NCBI GenBank assembly: GCA_965214095.1
Contig: OZ243938.1
Coordinates: 2,912,001-2,976,000 of the forward strand
DNA: 64,000 nt
Direction: 5' to 3'
Source of the DNA: Candidatus Poribacteria bacterium
GTDB taxonomy: Bacteria > Poribacteria > WGA-4E > WGA-3G
The notes below the pieces were generated by a model. The model was not told the origin of the DNA, did no database searches, and saw only the letters and a list, made by a program, of their open reading frames with translations. Shown here in pieces: positions 8,527-20,366 of the stretch; the first letter of the stretch is position 1; every line of letters starts with the position of its first letter. The position numbers and the translations under genes were made by a program.

Positions 8527-11500
8527 ATGTTAGTCAAAAAACACATAATCTTGCTCAGTGTCTTTTCAATATTTTTTTCAGGACTATTCTTTGTCACCCT
8601 AAGTTTTTCACAAGATGAAGCGACTGATGAAAAAATTATTGAACGATACAAGTTGATGCTCATTCGGAAACCGAAAGAGGGGAGTACGTTTGATAGACTT
8701 TATCAGTTTTATCTTGAGGGATCGGGTTTAGAAGCGATGGTCTCTGATTATCAATCGGAGGCACAGGCAAAGCCTAACGATCCGAACATTCAACTCATCT
8801 TGGGGCATATATACAAACGACTGGGTAAGGACAAGGAAGCCTTGACTGCGTATCAACGCGCTGTGGAACTCTCACAGAATGATTATTATGCACATTTTGC
8901 GTTAGGTCAGTTGTATGTTATACTCCGACAACATGAAGATGCTATTAGTGAATTGACGAAAGCAACATCGTTATCAGAACAGGCACAGACTATCTCTCCC
9001 GAAGAATTGACAGATATTTACAAGACATTGGGGCATGCGTATTTTAGCCGTGATATGTTAGATGAAGCGATTAAGGCATGGGAAAAGATTTCTGAACTTG
9101 ATCCTGACGATATCTTTGCACGAATAGAACTTGCTGATCTGTTTCGTGAACAGGAGTTGTATCCTCAAGCCATTGCACAATATGAAGAAATCATAAATCT
9201 TAAGAAAGATGACACATATCGTAAATGTCTGAGTATGCGAGAGATTGGTAAAATCCACGAAGAATCGGGTGAATATCAGAAGGCGTTGCAACAATATGAT
9301 GCGGCGTTAGACCTGACCGCACAAGGTAATTGGCTGAGAAAAGACTTGCAATACAGGATTATTGCCATATATTCGGCAGATGCTAATTGGAAAGATTTGA
9401 TTGTTTATTATGATGGTAAACTTGAGACAAATCCGAATGATCCAGAGACTCTGGGACTACTTGCAGCAGCATATATTGAAAATCAGCAGCTTGAGGAAAG
9501 CATTGATACCTATAAGAAAGGATTGACGCTTGCCCCAACCGATACCAGTCTCCGTCTCAACCTGATAGGTGCGCTTCGTGATGCGGAAAAGTTTGCAGAA
9601 GCGGCTGCGGAATATGAAGCACTTAGTGAACAGCACCCTGATGACATCGGAATATATCGTGAACTTGGCAAATTGTATTTGCAGCTTGAAAATGAAGAAA
9701 AGGCGAAGGGAGTCTATCAACGTCTGATTGATCGTGATCCAGAGAGTGCTAACATCTACATCACCCTTGCTGAAATATACACTGGTCACGAATGGCTTGA
9801 AGATGCGGTGGCTGCATATCAAAAGGCAACGGAACTTGATCCGGATAATCTCGATTATTTTGAGTATTATGGGGACTTTTACTATAGACAAGGTGAAAGT
9901 CCGAAGGCGATTGAAACATGGAATCGGATGGTTGCAGACACTAAAAGCACTGCTGAGAACTATGACCGTTTGGCACGTCTGCTTGAAACCAAGAAGTTTT
10001 CAGACGAAGCAATTGATGCAAGTAGAAAAGCAGTAGAACTGATGCCAGAGACTTATCGTTTCAGAGAGTCGTTAGCCAAAAGACTGATGAACAATGAGCT
10101 GTATGATGAGGCACTCTTAGAATATACGGAAGCGATGAAGCTTGCACCGAATGCGTTTTTTGCTGAACAGATGGACGATAAACGGATTGAACTCTATAAA
10201 CGGCAGGGAACACTTGTAAAAAGAATAGAAGAGATAGAAACAGAACTTGAAAAACCAGAACTTGCTGATAACGATAAATTTGCACAACAGAAACGGCTTG
10301 CCAAGATGTATCTGAAGTTAGGTAATACGACCTACGCGTTGGAAATACTTTTGGAAGCAAAGAAACTACAACCCGATGATATAAATGTCAATCGTTGGGC
10401 AGCGAATATCTATGTAAAACAGGGAAGACGTGATGAAGCGATTAACATTTACCGACATCTAACGAATATTGATAACACAAATGCGCGTGAGTATTATTCT
10501 AATATAGCGAAAACCTATCTGGAAACTCTGGATTTTGAGGCGGCTAAGGAAGCTGCGAAACAGGTCGTTGCGCATAGTCCGCGTAATCCGGAGGGACATC
10601 ATTTGTTGGCGCAAATTGCTTCACAATCCGGTGATTACGACACATCTATAGATAGTTTTAAACAAGCAATTCGTTTGCGACCGGAAGCGATTGATATCCG
10701 TAGAGAATTGGCACTACTTTATCACAATTCAGGTGACTTTAGACTTGCAATCGCACAGTATTGGCGTTGTTGGAATCTCAGCGACAATATCAGTGATAAG
10801 CTTAGTTTTATTGAACCACTTGGAGAAGCATATTATAGTTTAGGTAGGCGGACGGAACTCTCGGAAAGATTGAAACAGATGGCTAAATCGAATACATCTG
10901 GTATTGCATCGGTCTTAGCACTTGCCCAAGTCTATCGTGATGAAGGCGATCTATCAAGTGCGCGGTTTCAGCTTGCACGCGCATTAGATCAGCGACGAGA
11001 GAACCCAGAACTATTATATCAACTTGTTGGCATAAGTTTAGACCTTGGTGATATTGAGGAAGCTTTAAGTTACCAACAGCAACTTGTCAAAGCAGATCCC
11101 GATCCTATTCATCAGCAAAAACTTGGTGAACTGTTGTTTGATGTTGGACGCGAACAAGAAGCCGTACAAACATGGTCAAAAGTGTTGCATCAAAAGAAGC
11201 ATACACTTGATGCAGAAATCAGACTCGCAAAGTTATTGATTAGGCACGGGTTAATGGAGGAAGCATTCTTTGCACTTGACAATGCAGCGGAAAAGATAAC
11301 CGGGGACGATGCATATATTGGGTTGTATCAAATTGGTGCTACTTTGGTTGAGATAAGCGAACCTGAAAAAGCGTTACCATACTTCCAACAAATCGTAGAG
11401 ATGTCAAAACCTGCACAGGATATAAGTTTTGCTACAACAAAGAAAAAATCAAGAACTACTAATACGAATCCCAATTCCTTTTATGGACCACCTGGGATAA

Positions 11501-14500
11501 ATATGAACAAACTTCATCTCGCAACCAATCTCTCATACCGTGTGCAACCTCAGCAGTATTCTTCAAGAAATGTTTCTCCATGGGTTCCAACCACATTTGA
11601 AGAAGCACAGGCTGCCGCACTTGTGCAGGTGAAGTCGATTTTGGACGATCTCGGTCAGTTGGATGACATGTTTGCTCAGTATGAGGAAAAAGTAACTGCG
11701 AATCCCAAGGATATCCAAACGCTTGAACTGTTAGCACAACTATACATTTTGATGAAGAATCAAGAAAAAACAGATGAGGTATTGGATAAGTTGTTAGCAG
11801 CCTCCCCTGATAATTTAGTATATCAGGGCATCAAGTTGAGAAATATGGTAGCACAACAACAGACCAGTCATGAATCCTTTACAGATCAACTTGGCAAGAT
11901 GACAGGTTTGTCGGAAGATGGCAAGAATTGGTATCAGGTTGAATATGCATCCTTTTTTCTCAATAGAAGCACACCTGATGATGCTGAGCAATTATTGGAT
12001 AAACTTGAGGAGATGGATGTGCTTCAACTCAGTAATAGCCATAAGTTGATCGATTTATTTATGAAAAAAGGTAGAGCGGAAACAGCAGAAAGAATGTTGT
12101 CCGAACTTGCAGCAACTAAAACTGCACACTTCTCACATCAATATACCCGAATTTATGAATCAGTCACTAACACATATCTCAGCAAAGGGGATCCAGACAA
12201 AGCAATAGAATACTTTTGGAAGTATATTGAAAAGACCAATCCAACAGTGTCCAATACAAGGTATATAGCAAATTTGACTTATTCCACCTATTCGAGCAGC
12301 CAGACGTATCAAGCCAATTTCCCATCACCGACATCGTACTATACTCAGACACGGTTGGATTTTCTGCAAAAGTTTTTCAATAAAATATGGATCAAAGAAC
12401 AACAAGAGCTATTCTACACATCATTGGAGGATAAGTATAATGGTGCTGAAGGTAGAAATCGTATCTATCCAGCATTAGCAATTAGTTATTGTAAATGGTG
12501 GGATGGAAAACGCGACAAAGCACTTGAGGTACTACATAATTTACAAACAGAATTTCCGGATGACTTATCCCTAAAGATGAATACTATATTTGTTTCAATT
12601 CAATCTGGGAAACACAATCTTGCATTAGAAGTTGTGAAGGAACTTATTCATGCGGATCCAAAGAATCTGAATCAATATTACGATTTGACATTACAAATTG
12701 CGATGTATACAGGCGATTCTTCTGTAGTGCGTGATTTGATGAAAAACATCTTGAACTCTCCGACAAGTGTGCAGCAGCTTCACAATTTCTCACAGAAATT
12801 ACAGAGTGCGGGATTCACGCAATATGCTGTTGCTGTCTCTCAAAAAGCGATGGATTTAGCTTTGAGAGAAAGGGATCCGAGTTTTTTGAGAAAGTTTAGT
12901 ACTCATTTAAACGATTTAGGTCGTGGACAGGATGCTGCGCGTTTAACGCAACGTGCCGTTAAGTTAGAAAACTTGAAAGTCTTGTCTGGACAAACAATGC
13001 CGAACCTGAATATTCGATCGGTAACGCTTTCTCCTAAACGGTTAAAGATGATTCAGGATCGTGAGGCTAAATTAGTCAAAATAGTCGAACAGAATCCGAA
13101 ATCATTCAAAGCGCAGTCCAATTTAGCTGCGTTCTACGCAAGTAGAAATCAGGTGCAGAAAGCTATACAAACATATCAAACAGCACTTGAACTGCGTCCC
13201 AATGATAGCACGTTACGTAATCAATTTGCAGACATGTTACGGCGAGTCGGAGAAGTTAAAAAAGCAGTTGAACAATATACGTATCTACTCAAGAACAACA
13301 TCTCCAGTTCACAATACAGTTACTATCATTACGAATATATCATAGAAACATTTATCCAAGCAGGCGAAATAAACAAACTCATTTCGGTTGCGAAAGAAAT
13401 GGTTGCGAAGAATCAAGGTTCTGGACGTAGTCATGAATTTGTTCGTAGGATTACTCAGCATTTTAGAAACAACAACAATAATGTCAAACCATTGATAGAG
13501 ATTTACGAAAAATCACTCGAGTCTGGATCAGAGACTTATTTTTATGACTTAGTTTCAGCATATATGTCTACCGGCAATCGTGATAAAGCAAAGCAACTAT
13601 TAGTAGGTAAACTCAAGACCGGACCAGCGGAAAGCCAAGTAAATGTGGTACTTAGGTTATCTGATTTAGATGAAGGTTTAGATGATTTGAAGAATTTGGC
13701 AAAAGAATATGAAGAGAAGTTTCCTATGGATACTGCTAAATCTTCTATGTTATATCTACTTACTATCTTAAAAATAGCAACAAATGACTTAGAGGGGTCA
13801 GATATATATGTAGAAAAACTGTTGAAGAATAAATCCAATAATACTGGATCGTATTGGCTCCATACGATTGCTGACGCATATCAGGACAAAGGGGATTCAG
13901 ACCGTCAACAACGTATACTTGAGGCTGCCATTGAAACCGTAGATCTAAATAATACCGGTCGACTATCAAGCACCTACCAATCGCTTGGTAAAATCTACGC
14001 AGATAAAGGTGAGAAAGAGAAAGCGAAGAAAGCCATTCGAAAGATGGGTAATCTCCGACTGATGCGTAGTGGTGGTGCTCGTTTTTATGATAAAGATTCG
14101 GTCGCGCGCACTTACATGGAACACGGTTTGTATGACGATGCGGAAGTGCTGTTGATAGAAGTCATCAACGACTTATCTGCACAATCATATTACCGTGAAC
14201 GTGCTCAAGAACAATTAGCGACAATCAGAGTCAGACGGGGTGATACAGACAATGGATTGAAAAACACAATGGATGATATGAACCTTGCCTTACTCCGTAC
14301 AAGAGCACAAGAAGAAAAAAGAAGGAGAAACTATTACGAGGCAATTAGAATCTACGAGCAGATAGTCAAAAAATCACCAGACGACCTTGGTTCGCGTGCT
14401 GAACTTGCTTCTCTTTACACCCTACAGAATGAACAAGATAAAGCAATTGAGATGTGGGACGCTCTGCTAAAAGTTGATCCTGCCAATACAAAATATCAGG

Positions 14501-17500
14501 ATGGACTTGTGGCTGCCTACAAAGTGGCAAATAGAATTGATGATGCGATTAAGTTTGCCCAAGGATATATACAAGAGAATCCAGATACTGGTCTACACCA
14601 TACTCGACTTGCAGATTTATATGCATTCAATGGACAGATTGACGATGCGATCACAACTTATAAAAAGGCGATAGAGCTCTCCCCGAGTGACGCTAAATCA
14701 CATGAGGAATTAGCCAAGATCTATGAGGAGAACAGAAACTATGATGCTGCGGAAAAGTCGTATAATGATGCCCTAAAATTCTCAGCACCAGGGAGTAATC
14801 AAGCGGAGTTAAGACAGAATTTGATGAAGATTTATCAACGGCAAGGAAAATTAGAGGAGATATTGAAACAAGCAGAAGAGCAGGGGACACTGACTTTTGA
14901 TATGCAACGTGAAAGAGCACGGATATATCAAAATAGTGGAAATATGACAAAAGCCGTGAGTGCCTACCAAAAGGCTTTAGGAATGACAGCAGACAAGTAT
15001 GCCCGCGGTGATATTCAACGACAATTGATCAACATCCATTCTAAACTTGGTAAATTAGAGGAATATCTGAAGGAAACAGAGAAACAAGGAATGGTATCTT
15101 TTGAAATGCAGAAGGAGATTGCACGGTTATATCAAAATAAACGTGAATATGGTAAAGCGGCAGATGCTTACAAGAAAGCTGCGCAAATGACTACACAATC
15201 TTATGAGCGGCAAGAACTTGAACGGCAGATGTTGCAACTTTATCGTCAGTCCGGAAAGTTAGAACAATATTTGAAAGATATGGAAAAGGACGGTACACTC
15301 TCCGCTAATATGCAGGTTGAGCTTGCAAAATACTACAGTTCACGTGGACAATCCGAAAAAGCAATAGAAGCATATCAGAAGGCGAACAATATGACAGATA
15401 GCGACCAAGAGGAAATATCAAATCTAATGATGAATGAATTTGTTAAACTTGATAAAACTGACAAAGCAATAGAAATATATGAAAGTCTCATTAGCAATTC
15501 CTCAGAAAGTCAGTCAGTTAGGTATTACAGCGGATCCTCTGGTTTCCGAATACAATCTGAAAAAGAACAAGCACGTGAATCATTGATTAACGTCTTTAAA
15601 CGCAATAGAAAACTTAACGAACTTGAGAAGGTTTACAGTGCTAAGTTGGAAAAGGAACCGAATGATACAGACATTCTTATTGTTCTTGCGGAAATACATA
15701 GGACTTCTAACAAACATGAAAAAGCTGCCGAAGTCTATCAGAAGCTATCCAAATTAGAACCAGAGAATGTTCGCAATTACTTTTATGCTGCTGCGTCTCT
15801 GGAAAAAGATGGACAGAAAGAACAGGCGCAAAGGTTGATAGAACAAGGGAATAATGCACTTTCGTCAAGACCAGACAATAAAGATTCCATGTTATTATGT
15901 ACGCTTGGTTCTATCTGCTATGAAAACAAAATGTATGAACCGGCAATTACATTGTTCAAAGAAGCAGCTAAAGTGAATGAGTTGACCGGTATCAATAGCA
16001 ATATAAGATGGCAACAAGAGAATATATATGATGTGCTTGGCAAAAGTTATATGGAAACCAAGCAGTATGAGGAAGCAGTTGAGGCGTTTCAGCATAAACT
16101 GAAACTTACGACACATGATCATTCCAGAGAGAGAATTGAAAAGGCAATTAAAGCAGCTTATGATGCAGGGAATCTCCACGAGAAACATATTCCAAAGCAG
16201 TTGGAAAAGGTAAAACAGAATCCGAATGATGTCAATGCAAGAATTACACTTGCTGAGAGTTACGTGTCAAGTGAGAGGTATGACGAGGCAATCGTGCAGT
16301 ATGAGAAGATCAGCGAATTGCAACCGAACTCTCCGAAATGGCACAAAACTGTCGGAGATTTATATGGAAATACTAAACAGGCTAACAACACAGAATGGCT
16401 ACAGAAAGCTGCAGCTGCTTATGAGAAAGCCATTGTCCTTAATCCTAATTCGTATGAATTCTATGACACTTTAGGAAAGTTGTATGCGGAAAACGGGGAT
16501 TCTACAAAAGCCGAAGCAGTCTATATGAGAGCACTGAATGCATCCCACAATCCTGCAGAACATGATAAGGTCGTCAATGCCATTTTGGAACTTGATAAGT
16601 CATATAGGGAATTGGACAAACGGCTTGAGAAACTTGAAGAACTCAATACAAAAAAACACCATAGCACACTTTTACATAAACTATTGGGTGATACCTATTT
16701 AGCTTCAGGTGATACGGAAAAAGCCTCTGTATCCTATAAGCAATGGTTGGCGATAGTGAAAAATGAAAGTGAGAAAAGTAATCGTGCGATGGCATTACAT
16801 CAACTTGCTGAACATCTGTTAAACACAAACAAACTACCGGAGATTGCATTAGAGGCAGCAAAGCATGCAACGCAATCCAGATCGGATGCAACCTATTTTT
16901 CAACATTAGGCAACGCTTATCTGGTCAATGAACAATATGCAAATGCATTTGAACAATTTGAACGAAGTCTTGATCTTATGAATCAATCTGGAGGTTTGCG
17001 CGGTAACAAGTTAGAACCTTTATTGAGACGTATTTCACAAGCGAGCGAAAATATGCAAGATAAATCTCGGTATCAGGAACTGATGGGTAAATTAGTTGAT
17101 TCAATCCCGACTGATGTTGACACTGAACTTGGAACTATTTTGTTATTGGCAGATTTCTGCCGTGAACTCAATTTGGCTGATAAAGCGAAGGTATTCATGC
17201 AGAAAACAGGATTTTTCCCTGAAACTGCTTGGTTAACACTCGGTCCGTTTGACAATGCTAACGGTGCTGGATATAGTACTGCTTTCATTCCTGAAGAACA
17301 GACGCAAATTGATAAGACCGCAGAATATGATGGGGTAACAGGTAAGATAAAATGGGTCAAAAGTTCTGATGAGATCTTTGATGGGTTCTCCGACTTTGGT
17401 ATGTATGAGCAATTCTATGCTGCTTATGCCTGGATTTCATTTACATCCCCTGAAGAGAGGGAAGCTGAAATCCGATTTGACAGTGATGACCAAGGTAAAG

Positions 17501-17724
17501 TGTATCTGAATGGAAAAAAAGTATATGCACATAGAAGAACACGTGGAGCACAAATTGACCGACGCACGATACCTGTAACGCTTGTTGCAGGAGAAAACAC
17601 AATACTTGTCAAAGTCTGTAATGAATCTCTACCGTGGGGATTCTATTTGCGCATTACGGATACGGATGGAGATCCGTTTGATGATTTGAAAGTTGTAGAT
17701 ACTGAGATGAATCGGCGGGATTAG
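8527..17724 (+). CDS. Giant exported TPR protein (3065 aa) with a C-terminal beta-sandwich (WxxLGPF / SDD..KVxxNG, PA14-like) domain
   Basis: AAGGAG RBS; signal peptide ending SFS-Q; dozens of TPR motifs; C-terminal AWLTLGPFDN...FDSDDQGKVYLNG...LVAGENTILVKV...WGFYLRITD. Confidence 0.9.
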   Translation: MLVKKHIILLSVFSIFFSGLFFVTLSFSQDEATDEKIIERYKLMLIRKPKEGSTFDRLYQFYLEGSGLEAMVSDYQSEAQAKPNDPNIQLILGHIYKRLGKDKEALTAYQRAVELSQNDYYAHFALGQLYVILRQHEDAISELTKATSLSEQAQTISPEELTDIYKTLGHAYFSRDMLDEAIKAWEKISELDPDDIFARIELADLFREQELYPQAIAQYEEIINLKKDDTYRKCLSMREIGKIHEESGEYQKALQQYDAALDLTAQGNWLRKDLQYRIIAIYSADANWKDLIVYYDGKLETNPNDPETLGLLAAAYIENQQLEESIDTYKKGLTLAPTDTSLRLNLIGALRDAEKFAEAAAEYEALSEQHPDDIGIYRELGKLYLQLENEEKAKGVYQRLIDRDPESANIYITLAEIYTGHEWLEDAVAAYQKATELDPDNLDYFEYYGDFYYRQGESPKAIETWNRMVADTKSTAENYDRLARLLETKKFSDEAIDASRKAVELMPETYRFRESLAKRLMNNELYDEALLEYTEAMKLAPNAFFAEQMDDKRIELYKRQGTLVKRIEEIETELEKPELADNDKFAQQKRLAKMYLKLGNTTYALEILLEAKKLQPDDINVNRWAANIYVKQGRRDEAINIYRHLTNIDNTNAREYYSNIAKTYLETLDFEAAKEAAKQVVAHSPRNPEGHHLLAQIASQSGDYDTSIDSFKQAIRLRPEAIDIRRELALLYHNSGDFRLAIAQYWRCWNLSDNISDKLSFIEPLGEAYYSLGRRTELSERLKQMAKSNTSGIASVLALAQVYRDEGDLSSARFQLARALDQRRENPELLYQLVGISLDLGDIEEALSYQQQLVKADPDPIHQQKLGELLFDVGREQEAVQTWSKVLHQKKHTLDAEIRLAKLLIRHGLMEEAFFALDNAAEKITGDDAYIGLYQIGATLVEISEPEKALPYFQQIVEMSKPAQDISFATTKKKSRTTNTNPNSFYGPPGINMNKLHLATNLSYRVQPQQYSSRNVSPWVPTTFEEAQAAALVQVKSILDDLGQLDDMFAQYEEKVTANPKDIQTLELLAQLYILMKNQEKTDEVLDKLLAASPDNLVYQGIKLRNMVAQQQTSHESFTDQLGKMTGLSEDGKNWYQVEYASFFLNRSTPDDAEQLLDKLEEMDVLQLSNSHKLIDLFMKKGRAETAERMLSELAATKTAHFSHQYTRIYESVTNTYLSKGDPDKAIEYFWKYIEKTNPTVSNTRYIANLTYSTYSSSQTYQANFPSPTSYYTQTRLDFLQKFFNKIWIKEQQELFYTSLEDKYNGAEGRNRIYPALAISYCKWWDGKRDKALEVLHNLQTEFPDDLSLKMNTIFVSIQSGKHNLALEVVKELIHADPKNLNQYYDLTLQIAMYTGDSSVVRDLMKNILNSPTSVQQLHNFSQKLQSAGFTQYAVAVSQKAMDLALRERDPSFLRKFSTHLNDLGRGQDAARLTQRAVKLENLKVLSGQTMPNLNIRSVTLSPKRLKMIQDREAKLVKIVEQNPKSFKAQSNLAAFYASRNQVQKAIQTYQTALELRPNDSTLRNQFADMLRRVGEVKKAVEQYTYLLKNNISSSQYSYYHYEYIIETFIQAGEINKLISVAKEMVAKNQGSGRSHEFVRRITQHFRNNNNNVKPLIEIYEKSLESGSETYFYDLVSAYMSTGNRDKAKQLLVGKLKTGPAESQVNVVLRLSDLDEGLDDLKNLAKEYEEKFPMDTAKSSMLYLLTILKIATNDLEGSDIYVEKLLKNKSNNTGSYWLHTIADAYQDKGDSDRQQRILEAAIETVDLNNTGRLSSTYQSLGKIYADKGEKEKAKKAIRKMGNLRLMRSGGARFYDKDSVARTYMEHGLYDDAEVLLIEVINDLSAQSYYRERAQEQLATIRVRRGDTDNGLKNTMDDMNLALLRTRAQEEKRRRNYYEAIRIYEQIVKKSPDDLGSRAELASLYTLQNEQDKAIEMWDALLKVDPANTKYQDGLVAAYKVANRIDDAIKFAQGYIQENPDTGLHHTRLADLYAFNGQIDDAITTYKKAIELSPSDAKSHEELAKIYEENRNYDAAEKSYNDALKFSAPGSNQAELRQNLMKIYQRQGKLEEILKQAEEQGTLTFDMQRERARIYQNSGNMTKAVSAYQKALGMTADKYARGDIQRQLINIHSKLGKLEEYLKETEKQGMVSFEMQKEIARLYQNKREYGKAADAYKKAAQMTTQSYERQELERQMLQLYRQSGKLEQYLKDMEKDGTLSANMQVELAKYYSSRGQSEKAIEAYQKANNMTDSDQEEISNLMMNEFVKLDKTDKAIEIYESLISNSSESQSVRYYSGSSGFRIQSEKEQARESLINVFKRNRKLNELEKVYSAKLEKEPNDTDILIVLAEIHRTSNKHEKAAEVYQKLSKLEPENVRNYFYAAASLEKDGQKEQAQRLIEQGNNALSSRPDNKDSMLLCTLGSICYENKMYEPAITLFKEAAKVNELTGINSNIRWQQENIYDVLGKSYMETKQYEEAVEAFQHKLKLTTHDHSRERIEKAIKAAYDAGNLHEKHIPKQLEKVKQNPNDVNARITLAESYVSSERYDEAIVQYEKISELQPNSPKWHKTVGDLYGNTKQANNTEWLQKAAAAYEKAIVLNPNSYEFYDTLGKLYAENGDSTKAEAVYMRALNASHNPAEHDKVVNAILELDKSYRELDKRLEKLEELNTKKHHSTLLHKLLGDTYLASGDTEKASVSYKQWLAIVKNESEKSNRAMALHQLAEHLLNTNKLPEIALEAAKHATQSRSDATYFSTLGNAYLVNEQYANAFEQFERSLDLMNQSGGLRGNKLEPLLRRISQASENMQDKSRYQELMGKLVDSIPTDVDTELGTILLLADFCRELNLADKAKVFMQKTGFFPETAWLTLGPFDNANGAGYSTAFIPEEQTQIDKTAEYDGVTGKIKWVKSSDEIFDGFSDFGMYEQFYAAYAWISFTSPEEREAEIRFDSDDQGKVYLNGKKVYAHRRTRGAQIDRRTIPVTLVAGENTILVKVCNESLPWGFYLRITDTDGDPFDDLKVVDTEMNRRD

Positions 17725-17764
17725 AACCCTCCAACAATGTAAGAGGCGCAATGAATTGCGCGAC

Positions 17765-17803
17765 TACTGTTCTGTCTACAGTGTCCGAATGGACACTCCA
17801 CTA
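17765..17803. mobile_element. Empty 39-bp MITE shell
   Basis: tactgttctgtctaca+gtgtccgaatggacactccacta matches the joined ends of 26475-26603. Confidence 0.75.
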
Positions 17804-17976
17804 CAAACGCTTTCTTTGTTAATAATTAGAAATTGAATAACCCACGAAACTGCATCCGAAAATGTGTATATGTAATTATACACACTACAATTATTGTGTC
17901 CTACAAACCCTATGAAGACGGCATTCAACGTCAACACAAAAACATGATACATATCGTAATCTCAAGGAGGAATTAG

Positions 17977-20102
17977 GTGACAAAATACAACAAAATAAAC
18001 ATCTATTGTCTACTAACAATCCTCATCTTTAGTTTCAGTTTCTCATTACCATCTTTTTCACAGGATAATGAGGTCAGTGAAAATATTGAAGATGTGATTG
18101 ATGTAGCGTTAGATTTAGACGGTGAGTTGAGTTACGTAGAAATTGATGACAGCAAATTATTAAATAAAATTAACGGACAAGTAACGGTGTGTGCTTGGAT
18201 TAAGGCGACAAACTTTCCTACCAGATATCTTCCGGTTATATACAAGGGGGATGAACGACTGCCCGGTATCACAAACCGTAGTTTTGTGATGTATCTACGC
18301 CATGATGGTGCGTTGCAATTCGCTTCTTCACCTGATGGAGAAAATGAGAAGTATATCTTCTCACCAAGGGGAGCAGTCAGTCTCAATAAATGGCATCACG
18401 TCGCAGGTGTTGTTGACACGACGCGAAATATTATCAGTGTCTATGTTGATGGTGTGGTAGCAGGTTATAGAGATTTTGGTCGAAACAGAAGATTTTATGA
18501 AAGTACACTACCATTAAAAATCGGTGGTACACATGAAGATACTAATCATAACCATAGATCGTTTGTCGGACAGATTGATGAGGTAAGTGTGTGGGACGTT
18601 GCCTTGACTGAAGAGCAAATCCACAACTTTATGAAGAACCGTTTGACAGGGGATGAAAGAGGATTAGTCGGTTATTGGAAATTTGATAAACAGAATGATG
18701 GTGAAATTTCCGATATGACCCATAATAAACTCAATGGGAAGTTAGTTGAAAACGCAAGATTAGTAGATTACATCCGTCCTATTCCAATAGGACTAAATCC
18801 AGAACAGCTTGAAAAACAAACAATCCTATATGAAAAAGCACTCAAACGTGGAACAGTTTCTTATGAGATATACAGCACACTTGCTGAAATATATCTCAAA
18901 ACAGGACGTATGGCTGAAGCGGAAAAAATATACGGACAGTCTTTAGAGGTGGATCTCAGACAGTCTGAACATGATGAGGCAATGAAATCACTTTGGCAAT
19001 TATACGATAGTGCGGGTAAAGAAAAAGCATTTATCACACTATTAGAAAAGTTGAAACAGAATATGCCAAAGAGTTCAGTCTTGTTTGAACTCTTAGGTGA
19101 GGCATACACTAAAGTTGGTGACAAACAGAATGCTAAAGATGCCTACTCACAATGGATCAATCTGCGAAAAGATGAAGTTTTTGAGCAAGAGCCGTCATCT
19201 GCATATTATGAACTTGCGGATAAACTTCTTGAGAAAAACATATTTCCTGAAATCGCGTTGGAGTTGGTTTTAAATGCAGCAGATGTTGAACTGGACAGAG
19301 ATTACATATTAGTGCTTGCACATGCATTCGTCGCGAATGAACAGTATGATGAAGCATCCCGACTCATAAAGAACATTTATGACATGTCTTATCTAGCTCT
19401 TGTTGAACGGAAGTTATTAACACGGGTTGTGAAAGCAGGTAAAAATGTCAAGGATAAAGAAGGTTATGAGAATATGTTGAATGAACTCATAGAATCTTTG
19501 TCAGACAATTTACGTTCTCAACTGCATACAATGCTTGTTTTGGCACAAACCTATCAGGAAACCGGAGAACACGAAAAGGCTGATGCTCTTATTCGGAAAA
19601 CAGGATTTATTACCGAAGATGCATGGTTGGTTCTTGGACCTTTTGATAACTCGGATGGGATAGGCTACAATACGCAGTATATCACAGAAAACTTGCCGAT
19701 GATTGATACTACTAAAGAATATGAAGGCAAAAATGGGAAGGTGCGTTGGCAAAAAACAAAGAACATTTCACTCTTAGGAGATATCCGTTTGGGCAAAGAG
19801 AGTGAATGGACTGTTGCGTATACTTTTGCGACGATACATTCACCTGAGGAACGTGAAGTTGAATTCCGATTTGACTCTGACGATCAAGGCAAAATCTGGG
19901 TCAACGGTATTGATGTTTTCAGGCATACCAAGACGTTTACTGCGGAAATTGACAATTTCAAGTTTCCTGTAAAACTGAATGCGGGTTAAATAGTGTTCTC
20001 GTTAAGGTATGTCAAGAGACAGGTGGCTGGGGATTTTATCTGCGGATAACCGATAAAGACGGTAATACTTATGATGATTTAGATTTCATGAAAGTAGAGT
20101 AA
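17977..20102 (+). pseudogene. Exported LamG-TPR-beta-sandwich protein, frameshifted near 19987 (670-aa ORF stops at 19989)
   Basis: AAGGAGG RBS, GTG start, signal peptide; LamG motifs KWHHVAGV and FVGQIDEVSVWD. After KLNAG a shifted frame reads NSVLVKVCQETGGWGFYLRITDKDGNTYDDLDFMKVE* to 20102, matching the giant's C-terminus. Confidence 0.8.
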
Positions 20103-20120
20103 AGAGTGTAGGTGTTTTTT

Positions 20121-20346
20121 GTAGGTTGGGTTTCATGCCTTGATCTAACCATAAGCGTCACTTTAGCATCCTTCCAAGTACCGGTAGGTTCGGTTTCCTA
20201 ACCGAACCGGCTTTGTGCCAAATACCTTTATAGAGGTTCTCGCACAGGTTCCGTGCGGTTAGGAAACCGAACCTACCGGCCTGGGGAAAACGCCTAATTT
20301 ACACTAAATTGACGCCTATGGGTTTCGTGCCTTGACCTAACCTACA
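20121..20346. mobile_element. Three-layer nested repeat (REP doublet / 17-bp TIR element / REP doublet)
   Basis: Outer arms gtaggttgggtttcatgcc and gggtttcgtgccttgacctaacctaca; middle arms 20150-20166 and 20304-20320 (15 of 17 complementary); inner arms 20181-20210 and 20253-20279. Confidence 0.75.
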
Positions 20347-20366
20347 ACAGATTCACCAAACTTATA

